The translations under genes were made by a program, and so were the position numbers. DNA of 64,000 nt from the NCBI GenBank assembly GCA_964016885.1, contig OZ024752.1, positions 13,640,001-13,704,000 of the forward strand. The letters run 5' to 3'. Shown here piece by piece: positions 54,045-64,000 of the stretch (positions are counted from its first letter, which is position 1; the number at the start of each line of letters is the position of its first letter). Below the pieces are notes generated by a model. The model worked only from the letters and a program-made list of their open reading frames with translations, was not told the DNA's origin and did no database searches. This DNA is from Eledone cirrhosa (lineage: Eukaryota).

Positions 54045-54560
54045 GATTCCTTGAAAGCCTCTTTGAAAGACGCGCTAACATCTCTGCTGATATATGGGAA
54101 AATATTGCTGCTGATCGTAATAAATGGATAAAGACTGTATATGAGGGAAAAGTTGCCTTTGAGGCATCTCGAATCGCATACGAGAAAGTAAAGCGGGATG
54201 TGAGGAAGGGCATTGCTGTTGCACTTCCAGACGGAGAGGGTCCTCCTATGGTGCTGACATGCAGCGTCTGTGCGAGACTCTGCCTAAGCAAAGCTGGACT
54301 CGAAATTCATCTTCGCAGTCATAAAGTAAGACCAGTGGTTGACTACCAGGCTGCTGTTGGAGATGCTACTCATCTTGCTTGCCAAACATGTGGTAGAGAA
54401 TGTAAATCAGCAGGAGGGCTCAAGCGACATGCAAAAGTAACGAACTCCAACCACAGCCGGCTATTCCCAGTAAATGTTTTGGTTGCCAACTCTGTGCAAG
54501 ACATTTTAGATCATTGGCTGGCTAAAAAGCCACATTCAATCGCAGCGCTGTTAGTTGCTA
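54045..54560 (+). mobile_element. RTE-clade LINE C-terminus with C2H2 zinc fingers
   Basis: WENIAADRNKW...CSVCARLCLSKAGLEIHLRSH...CQTCGRECKSAGGLKRH. Homologous to 21300-21700. Confidence 0.8.
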
Positions 54561-54704
54561 TCACGTGTGTGTGTGTGTATAGGTATGTTTGTGTGTGTCG
54601 TGTGTGTGTATATATATATGTATATTATTATTGTTGTTGTTGTCGTTATTATTATTGTTGTTATTATTATTATTATTGTTATTATATATATATATATATG
54701 TAAA

Positions 54705-54860
54705 CGTGGTTGGTGTTAGGAAGGGCATCCAGCCGTAGAAAACCCGCCAGAGAGTCGTATACGAGCAAGACAACCAATCTTGCCTCAAGTGGGAAAATTC
54801 CCGTCCAAACCCATGCTAGCGTGGAAGATGGACGTTAAACGATGATGATGATGATGATGA
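54705..54860 (+). mobile_element. SINE/RTE 3' tail with (GAT)n
   Basis: ggtgttaggaagggcatccagccgtagaaa...cccatgctagcgtggaa. Confidence 0.75.
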
Positions 54861-54947
54861 TATATATATATATATTTTTTTTTTTCTCGTGCAATGGCCA
54901 TACTCGATAACGAGGGGGCAGCCATTATAAATATATATATGAATATA

Positions 54948-55130
54948 GTTTCTGATTTCAGCACAAGGCCAACAGTTTTAAGGGAAGGGAAAGTCGATTA
55001 AATCGATCCCAGTGCATTATTGGTATTTATATTTTATCAACCCGTAAGGATAAAAGGCAAATCTAACCGTTGCAAGATTTTAACTCAGAAGTTAAAGGGC
55101 CGTAACTCTACGCCGCAAAGCAAGGTGTCC

Positions 55131-55131
<1 letters not shown>
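54948..55131 (-). mobile_element. SINE family A, diverged
   Basis: Family match. Confidence 0.75.
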
Positions 55132-55172
<41 letters not shown>

Positions 55173-55326
55173 AGGTTATTAAGTAATTTTGTTGGTTACT
55201 GGAGGTAGTAGCAGCTTCAGTACTCGATGTGTATTAGTAGAGTGAATATATTAAGTGTGATACGACTAGGTTTCATATTGAAATTCGTCATACCGCATTT
55301 ACTATCTATCTATCTATCTCTCTCTA

Positions 55327-55389
<63 letters not shown>

Positions 55390-55727
55390 TATATCATACA
55401 CTTGAAAAGTGAACGAAGAAGAAGAGGGGAGTACGATTATGATATATATTAGTTTTACGCTTGAAAAGGTAGGAAACATGTCTTAGTTTCGGACGCTAGC
55501 TTAGCATTATAAGATAGAAAGACTATAGTAAGAAGAAAAAGTACCTTTGTGCATAGTCAGTCATTATACGGGCACACGCACATACACATATGTATATATA
55601 TGTATATATATAAATATATATATATATGACATATTTTCTTGTATAGCGAACAGTCTCACAGCAGTCAGCCCGATCACAATAGAAACGATCACAAAGACAT
55701 ATACTAATAACACTGTTTGGAATATAA

Positions 55728-55793
<66 letters not shown>

Positions 55794-56184
55794 CTGTGTG
55801 TTTTAATATCAGGCTGTACATGTGTATTTATGAGAGTTTGTGCGGTCAGGTGTGTAAAAGATTTATTGTGTAGAGATAATATGAAAAAAATTATTTATCT
55901 ATGAATAAACAAACGGATACACACATATATAATTAACTGCATATGCATTGAAGTTTATATATAAATATGTATACATATATATATTGTTATATTTGGGGAG
56001 GGTCGTATTGTTATAATATTGCCAAAAATATATAATTATACACACTCACTGTTTGGTTTGGGTTGGTTTTCACTTCCGTATATGTTATATCCATATAGTT
56101 AATTTAGGTGGCAATCAATGTTTATCATTGATTGAACAACAGTGAATAATATAGATATAAATATATATATATATATATAGTCTC

Positions 56185-56224
56185 TCAAAGTTCTTTCATC
56201 ACACACCTGTGACTTCATCAGTGA
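56185..56224 (-). ncRNA. minimal hammerhead (family H3)
   Basis: Reverse complement tca-CTGATGA-a-gtcaca-ggtg-tgtgat-GAAA-gaactt-tga. Confidence 0.6.
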
Positions 56225-56279
56225 TACTATTATCTTTTCTCTTGTTGTATAGTAATGTTTACTTATACTATATTTTATT

Positions 56280-56710
56280 TATACAGGACCAAGCTGCGCC
56301 GACAGTGCTTTATGCGAGCGAAACTTAGAAGAGCACGGCAAAGATAGAGAGACGCCTGAACACTTTCCACCAGCGGTGCCTGCGAATGATGCTTCGTGAC
56401 TCCTGGCATGACCGAGTGCGAAACAAGGAAAACGCTACAGAGGATGGTCGCGGAACGCCGGTGCCGTCTGGATGGCCACATTCTGCGTCTACTCGACGAA
56501 CGACACTCGAAAACAAAGATGAACTTGACTCCACCTGGCGGCAAACGGATGTGGGGTTGCCACAGGATCACCTGGCGACGAACGTTCCAAAAAGACCTGA
56601 TGACAGCCAACATCATTTGGCACGGACGCGAAAAAGCCGCCGTCGATCGTGACCATTGGTGACTACTTACTGCTCGATGCACCGAACGGCCCGGAAGAAC
56701 TGACTCTAAG
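56280..56710 (+). mobile_element. RTE-clade LINE 3' fragment
   Basis: VLYASET...FHQRCLRMML..SWHDRVRN / RLDGHILRL...TWRRTFQKDL...DRDHW. Confidence 0.85.
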
Positions 56711-56811
56711 AATATATATATATATATATATATCATATATTGAGTTATACACTCAAAATAGTCTTTTGCAATTAAATAACTCAAAGAAGGGAATCTTTCC
56801 GAGCCGTGTAA

Positions 56812-57210
56812 TACAAATGAATTAGGAGAGGGATGAACACCGATACAAGTATACACGTGTTAGAATTATAAATGGCCAAGTTAGCTAGGTTGAAAAATAC
56901 TAATTTAAAATAATATGGTTTACCTTTCTCAATTTAAAGTAATAAATCAATAAAAATTACAAACCTATATTCGGCAATCGCCGTTGATACTCGGACAGAT
57001 TCTAAATCTGTTTCGCAACAATTATTAAGTAAAAGTCAGTATCCCTGTGCTCTTCTGCGGGTATCCAGGAAATTCGTACCTATCACAATCGAGACAGGCA
57101 AACCATTTTATTTTAAATTTGTATTTTTCAACCTAGCTAACCTGGTCATTTACAATTCGAACACATGTATTCTTGTATCGGTGATCATCCCTCTCGTATA
57201 TTCATTTGTA
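56812..57210. repeat. foldback element (~90-bp arms)
   Basis: tacaaatgaat...gttagctaggttgaaaaatac pairs with gtatttttcaacctagctaac...attcatttgta. Confidence 0.75.
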
Positions 57211-57395
57211 TATATATATATATATATATATATAACATCTCTGTCTGAAGACCGATCAAGACGTATATCATTATTGTCTGTGATCCAGAAACATTTGGTA
57301 ATGGAGTAGGTATATTTTGTGTTCACTTTCTAATTAAATAGCTCTATTCTATACATAGAGCACTCTTTTTCCTTTGCTTTTCCTTCGGAATTACC

Positions 57396-57467
<72 letters not shown>

Positions 57468-57574
57468 GAATATATATATAGTTCATAAAAGATCGTTTTC
57501 GAACGAGTAAACAGACAAGTATAAGTGAAGAAATTATTACAGCTCAAAATAAGAGATGTATTTCAATAAACTAC

Positions 57575-57782
57575 ACAGCATTGAAACCGGCCATATCCGG
57601 CCAGAATTCCCTCACCTCTTTCTGTCCTAACTGGCTGTCACCAACCACTCATACTGATGTTAAGCTATTGTTCTCAAAATAAATAATATAAAAATCTCAT
57701 AGATTCTAAATTATGTGAGGTAAAACCTTAAATGTAAAAATACAAAATTATATATAGAGTAATGTAAAGGCTAAAGGGTTAA
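57575..57782. mobile_element. piggyBac-like MITE copy, opposite orientation
   Basis: Ends ctaaagggttaa, and the body is the reverse complement of 45156-45375. Confidence 0.7.
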
Positions 57783-58119
57783 ATAAAATTCTTTTTTAGT
57801 TATATGAAATCGTAGTTTGAAGGTGTTTAAGTAAACTCAATATTACAATAATAAATAAGACCCAAACCGTTGATTATATTACATTGTAATATAATTAACC
57901 GTTTTGGTCTTGTTTATTATTATTATATATATAATGTTGAACAAAAGGGCGACGATGGTTGCCGAGCACTGTACGGCGTAATTCGGGCTGTTTGTTTACA
58001 AACAAACCGAACATTATAATAAATGTTCGGTAAACCCATACGTACATATATATATGTGTGTATGTATGTATATATATACATACTACTGTACACATATATG
58101 TATGTACGTATACATACTT

Positions 58120-58153
<34 letters not shown>

Positions 58154-58159
58154 TTTTTT

Positions 58160-58463
58160 TCTCTCTCTGCTCATAGCCCTCGCTCGTGTAGGATCTATTC
58201 TCTAAGCGCTCATATATTCACCTAGCTTATGCTAAACAGAATAATTTTTGAAGCTTGTTTCTGTCCCCTACGGTTAGCTATACTCTTTGTTGTTCTCCTG
58301 TCTCACTCGCTTTACGCGTTTTAATTGTCCTAATAACTTATTTTGGCTATTATTGCACCGACGTGAGATATATGATTTTTAATGCAATGAAATATCTATG
58401 ATCTTCGGCAAATCACTGATGAGGGACTTATTTTATTACATGTTATCCATGTGCTACCTGCAG

Positions 58464-58470
<7 letters not shown>
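58160..58470 (+). mobile_element. family P element with permuted hammerhead-like motif at 58358-58422
   Basis: Homologous to 39250-39545 (tgtctcactcgctttacgcgttt shared) and microsatellite-flanked. Confidence 0.7.
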
Positions 58471-58538
<68 letters not shown>

Positions 58539-58603
58539 CAAAATGAAGACGTTCACATAATCAAAATATATAAATGAAAACGTTCACATAATCAAAGTAT
58601 ATG

Positions 58604-58663
58604 TTTTATATATATTTCGAAGGTACTGTGCTGTTTTTGTCAGTACGTTCTCATCAGATAAAA
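58604..58663 (-). ncRNA. type I hammerhead (family H4)
   Basis: Reverse complement ttttat-CTGATGA-gaa.gtactg...cagtac.ttc-GAAA-tatata-taaaa. Probably belongs to the pLTR of the PLE at 60115-61940. Confidence 0.65.
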
Positions 58664-59577
58664 TACATGAATTGATGTATGACATACCTCAACTGTCTTG
58701 ATAGTTCAATTCCAGTCTTGGTAGTGATTTATTACAACAAATCTCAATATTTATATACCACAAATAATAACATGACAAACTAAATATAATGAAGAAGAGG
58801 ATGTGGAGCGAGATATAAGTATAAAGAGGGGGTGAGTATGAGAAAATATAGAAGAAATAAATAAACACATACGTACATAAATGTTTAAATATTTAAATGT
58901 GCAAATATCCATGTTAGAGAAGAAACGGAAGAGAGGGAGATAGATAGATAGAGAGAGAGAGATAGATAGAAGAGAAGAAGAGATAAAAAGGAGAAGATAT
59001 AAGAAGGAGGGAGAGGGAGATAGAAGTTAGAGGATGGAAGACATAACTGTAAAAAGGAAAGAATGAAAGAAAGAAAGAAGAAAGGGACATGATGAGTTGT
59101 TTTCAAATATTAAGTCAAATAGAAGCGACCAATTAAATACCGTGAAATTTTTAATATCTATTATATTTGGTTATGTTTGAGCAAATTATACTATTATATT
59201 ATATCAAAATTAAACAATATAAAATATTTTCTATAATAATCGGATGCATAGATCAATTAATAAATATATTCAATATTTTGTTACAAAATTCAAAAATCAA
59301 AAACATTCTTACCTATCAAGGAAGTTTACAAACATATTAAATATGTATAGGGATATTTACCACAATTTATTCGCATACCACCAACAGTATATGCATTTTA
59401 TATAATGTTTAGAATTATTATCAGAATTATTCTTTTTACATTATAAACAGTTTAATTCAATAGTTGACAATTACTTATAGGATTAATAAGTAGTTATATT
59501 TACTTTTAAAAGTATTATTATTTCGATTCTAACTATATCATAATATATGTAACAGTATAAATCATGTTAAATATACA

Positions 59578-59761
59578 TTGTGGATTGGCAGTATCGGTAG
59601 AGGGTCGGACGCCATGCTTTCCAGCATAGTTACGTCCCTTTACGATCTGAGTTCAAATCCCGCCGAGGTTGACTTGCCTTTCATCCTTACGGGGCCGATA
59701 AAATAAAGTACCAGTAATGCACTGGGTAATTGCTGGCCTTGTGCCTAAAGTAGAAACAATT
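59578..59761 (+). mobile_element. SINE family A, full length
   Basis: A box tggcagtatcggtag, B box gagttcaaatcc, body cctttcatccttacgggg.cgataaaataaagtaccag. Confidence 0.9.
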
Positions 59762-60114
59762 ATTAATCTATTTGGATAGAACGAGAATTATATATGAAGA
59801 TTGTAAACAAAGGAACGTAATACATACAGAATATCTGATCATTTATATTAGCTAAGTGATTTGAAAGCCAGAAGGTATTTCAAATCGCAAATTCAGAAAA
59901 TTCTAGTTATACAAAAACGATTCTAAAACCAAACTAAGGATATTGAGTCAATCATGAGATTAATTTACTATATAAAAAAAACGATATACAATTTTTTAAG
60001 GTAAGGCAAAACATTATATATATAATAATAATTTCAAGAATTATTAATAATAGTCAATATTTTTTTCCCTTCTTAGTCAGTGTTTTTTTCTGAATATATA
60101 TGATGCTTCAAATG

Positions 60115-61940
60115 TCTTTCCAGATTTATGGAGACAAGCTGCACATAATTCATTCTTCTTATCAATTAAATTATCATAACTAGTAATTATTAATAGAGTT
60201 TGTAAATTGCACAAAGATTGCAGTTTGGTGAGATGGAAGCGTTCTGTTAGGATTCAGAGTTACTAAGCTTACTCCAAGAAATTGAGTATTTAATATTTTT
60301 CTCTTTCAAAGACCATATTATTTATGATAATGAAGTAGAAATTTCTTTTATCTGGATTAGAGAAAGAATGTTTATGATTGGAAAAGCGAAACTTAAAGTT
60401 CGATGAAGTGGCACCTATATAGTTATAAGTATTATTATTATTTGTCTTAATGATACATTTTTATATACTAAATTCTTATCAAGGCAATTATTTTGTAAAG
60501 GGCATTCAGATTTCCTTCTACAGTTACAGTTCAATTCCATGCTATTTCTATAACCTAAACTGTTCGTATTATCATTGTTATTATTTCTAGGTATTCTACT
60601 ATTATTCGTATTTAAACTATTGTTATTGTTATTCACATTAACTACTGTATTATTATTATTATTATTATTATTGTTATTATCACTAATTATATGTTGGTTC
60701 GATTTAAGAATGTTGCTATTAATTTTTGCAACATTTTGAGCAATATTCATAGTTGTTGAGTACGAAAGTTTAACTGTATCTATTGAAGATAGAGTAATAC
60801 TTATGTGATCTAGGGAAACATTTATCTAAGGATTTAAAAAATAAATGTGCTAAATAAATGTGCTAAATAAATGTGCTAAATAAATGTTTTAATAGCTAAA
60901 GATGCTGGTGGGGCATACCAAATTATAGATCTAGTCATAATTTTTTTCCCCGATTTATTCTCCAAGTTGTTATTTTTACAGTCAGCTTTATTTTTATTAT
61001 TATTATTATTATGAATATTGTGTTTATAATTACTATTATTTTTTCTACATATTCAATATTATTTTTATATCCTGCTTTATGTAACGCTTCATTATAATAT
61101 CCAGCTTTACTATTAAAAATGGATCTGTTAGCAGATAGTCTGGTTATTCGTTGTTGGACACTATTGATTATTGCGTTTTTAACACTTTTAGGATGATTAG
61201 AGTAAAAACTAACATAATTTAGGTTTTCATTGGGTTTATGGAAGGGATAATATAGGCCTGAGTTTAAATTAAGGATTACGTCTAAAAACTTAACTATTTT
61301 ATTGCTATTTTCTACCTCTAATTTCAGGTCGTAATTTTTAAAGAATTCTATAATTACTTTTTTTTACTCTATTTAATTCGCTATTATTATGTCTAACTAC
61401 AGTAAATAATATGTTATCTCTATATAAACCACCGGTAATCTCCGGTAGTTTTCTATTTATCATATTAAGGATGAAAATTCCCACAAGATCGGTAACTTGC
61501 GCAGGATCGAACGAGCCCATAGTAATGGCGAAATTCTTCTGCCTATCCGAACGAGTCCAAAAATCATTATTAAAGTCAATCAAGGTTTGCCTTGCCGTTA
61601 AAATAATATTAATCTCATTACTAGATAGATCAGTGTGTTTATATGCATATGAAAGCGCTTTATTCAAAAGGTTAGGAGTTATTGAGGAGTGTGTCCATTT
61701 GAATGAATTTATGATTTTTCTTATTTTCGATGTTATTGAACCAATCGAATACTTCACTAGTGCCCTTCCATAAGTTTAGCCTTGACCTGAAGTTTAACGT
61801 TGGCAAAAGCCTATTTATTATGTTTTTACTAATTATTTCAAGGTCTGACTTCGAAGCTGCGATAAGTCTAACAGGTATGTCCGCTTCGAAATTTCCTTTA
61901 TGGTCTTTAAAATTTATCTGCGGTTGCCTTGGTATGATAG
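60115..61940 (-). mobile_element. degenerate Penelope-like element ORF (RT + GIY-YIG; Neptune-like)
   Basis: [14 protein letters not shown]...SKSDL, ITMGSFD.AQVTDLVG...GLYRDN (YRDD-type), CNCRRKSECPLQNNCLDKNLVYK and YIGATSSNFKFRFSNHKHSF. Multiple frameshifts, and 5'-truncated at a microsatellite. Confidence 0.9.
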
Positions 61941-62029
<89 letters not shown>

Positions 62030-62480
62030 CACACACACACAAACACACATATATACACACACACACACATATATATATATATACACACACACATATATAT
62101 ATATATATACACACATATATATATATATATACACACATATATATATATACACACACATATATATATATACACACACATATATATATACACACATATATAT
62201 ATACACACACATATATATACACACACATATATATATATACACACACACATATATATACACACACACACATATATATACACACACACACATATATATATAC
62301 ACACACACACACACATATATACACACACATATATATATACACACATATATATATATACATACACACACACATATATATATATACATATACACACACACAT
62401 ATATATATATACATATACACACACATATATATATATATATACACACAGACATCTATATATATATATATATATGTATATAT
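61941..62480. repeat. (CA)n and (CA/TA) compound microsatellite
   Basis: Directly visible. Confidence 0.95.
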
Positions 62481-62630
62481 GTAGCGAGAGTATTGCTTAT
62501 TGGTTAGGTTGTTCGCTTCAGGATTATGAGTTCGATTCCCGGACCAGGTGTTTTATGTTCTTGTATAAACACTTAATTTCATGTGGCTCCCGTCCAATCA
62601 GCATGTAAAAATATGTCGCACCTGTAAATG
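62481..62630 (+). mobile_element. SINE family B, highly diverged
   Basis: gagttcgattcccggacc B box followed by a degenerate core. Confidence 0.55.
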
Positions 62631-63463
62631 AAATGATCCGCCTTCTCCCACTTTGTGTCCGGGAGTGTGTATATAAACAATATTTAGTCAGAAAATATAT
62701 GTTTGTGTGTACGTGTGAGTGTATGTATCTTAATCCCTATCGCAGATATCAAATGGGAGAGTCCATTGTCAAGTATATATAGAGTAAGAAGGTTAGAGAG
62801 GGATAGAAAATCAAATTATAGAATTTATATTCCGCCTTTAAGCGAAGTAAATGTATCGCAGTCAGATTTTATTAATAATTGTGAGAATATATACATTTGA
62901 TCCTATAAAGTAGAGAATATCTGAACAGAGTTGACATGTTTCCATGTAGAGTAAGTATTAATATTAAATATTTAATAGAATGTTCTTACAAATTGTCGTT
63001 TCTGAAATGTTCTATGCCAAATCTAAACGGGAAAAGCGATAAAACTTACGTATTTATTTTACAGTTAAACACATCTCTAATATGTAAGAATGCACTTTGT
63101 ATCTCCGCTACCACAGAGACCCTGGAAATGTTGTATTCACTGATGTAATTCTGCTAAATAAGATATACGAACTGTTTAATTTCGTGCAAATATTGCTCAA
63201 AAGAAACCTTCGCCTCCAAACAACTACCGATATACTCTATGATGTCTAAGATTAATTACCAGAATGAAATACCGTTCACTTATTCCATCACCGAAATTTA
63301 TGTACTATATACCCTGCCGTCGGGTCTCGAATAATGTCCCCCTCCCACACCCGCTTAATACATTTTCAGATACCTCCACCCCCTCCTCCACCCGTTTATT
63401 ACATTTTTCTAATCTATCTGCGGCGAAATTTTATTTTAAGTGGTAGCATTCCTACAATAAGTA

Positions 63464-63645
63464 CCGTATTTCCCGGCGCCGAAGACGCTTCGTTGTCGAG
63501 GACTCACCCTAATTTCGACAAAGAAAAATTTGAAAAAAAAAAAAAAAAAATGATAATAAACAACCTTCGGCCTCCAGGACGCATGGTAGATTTTTGAGAA
63601 TTATTTTAGGGAAAAAGGTAGCGTCTTTGACGCCGGGAAATACGG
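63464..63645. mobile_element. complete Tc2/pogo-like MITE with TA TSD
   Basis: TA-CCGTATTTCCCGGCG.C.AAGACGCT ... AGCGTCTT.G.CGCCGGGAAATACGG-TA. Confidence 0.88.
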
Positions 63646-64000
63646 TAATTTTCTTTATAGTAATTTTCTTTATATACACAGCTTCGATCACCAACATCGG
63701 ATTATAACACATATTCTTGCCAGCTCTTGAATAGATCTGAATAATTATTAACCACTATAAGTATTAATGTGGTGTTGTAAATATATGCATATACACCAGG
63801 TCGGAAGCAAACTGTCACTGCCTCCGACTCCCTCGCTCTATCACTATAAGCAGATAGGGGCCCACGCGCTGTTGACCCCCACGCCCTGGTGGACAGAAAA
63901 GACAGGCGTTTTCCCGGAGGATGGTGAGGGAGACGCGCTGGAAGAGCCGTTCCATCTCGAGAGGTTCACACATACGGGTAGCGAACTCTGTGCTGATGGT

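Noticed and set aside
54200-54703. C2H2 zinc-finger ORF as a host transcription factor
   Set aside because: It is contiguous with an RTE C-terminal WE..A.DR..W motif and homologous to the LINE at 20472-21841.

Overview
This is AT-rich, repeat-saturated animal intergenic/intronic DNA. The SINE and LINE repertoire suggests an octopus or other cephalopod, which is an inference. No host gene could be called with confidence, and nearly all long ORFs in the track are translations of (TA)n, (TATG)n or (CA)n microsatellites. The window holds two tRNA-derived SINE families, several RTE-clade LINE remnants (one with RT YADD and three C-terminal C2H2 zinc fingers) and a non-autonomous RTE derivative family. 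It also holds microsatellite-embedded R4/Dong-type LINEs, Penelope-like elements (PLEs; RT and GIY-YIG), Helitrons, a mariner remnant and several MITE families. More than 15 hammerhead-ribozyme (HHR)-like motifs lie in small, mostly (TA)n-flanked, PLE/retrozyme-like units. The most unusual observation is a 65-nt motif present in 5 copies. It carries all three HHR core segments (NUH, GAAA, CUGAUGA) in an order that is not a circular permutation, so the fold would be pseudoknotted. Stems I and III covary between copies, and a box C/D-like kink-turn is conserved. All structures were paired by eye and no folding or database search was run. Many boundaries are approximate.
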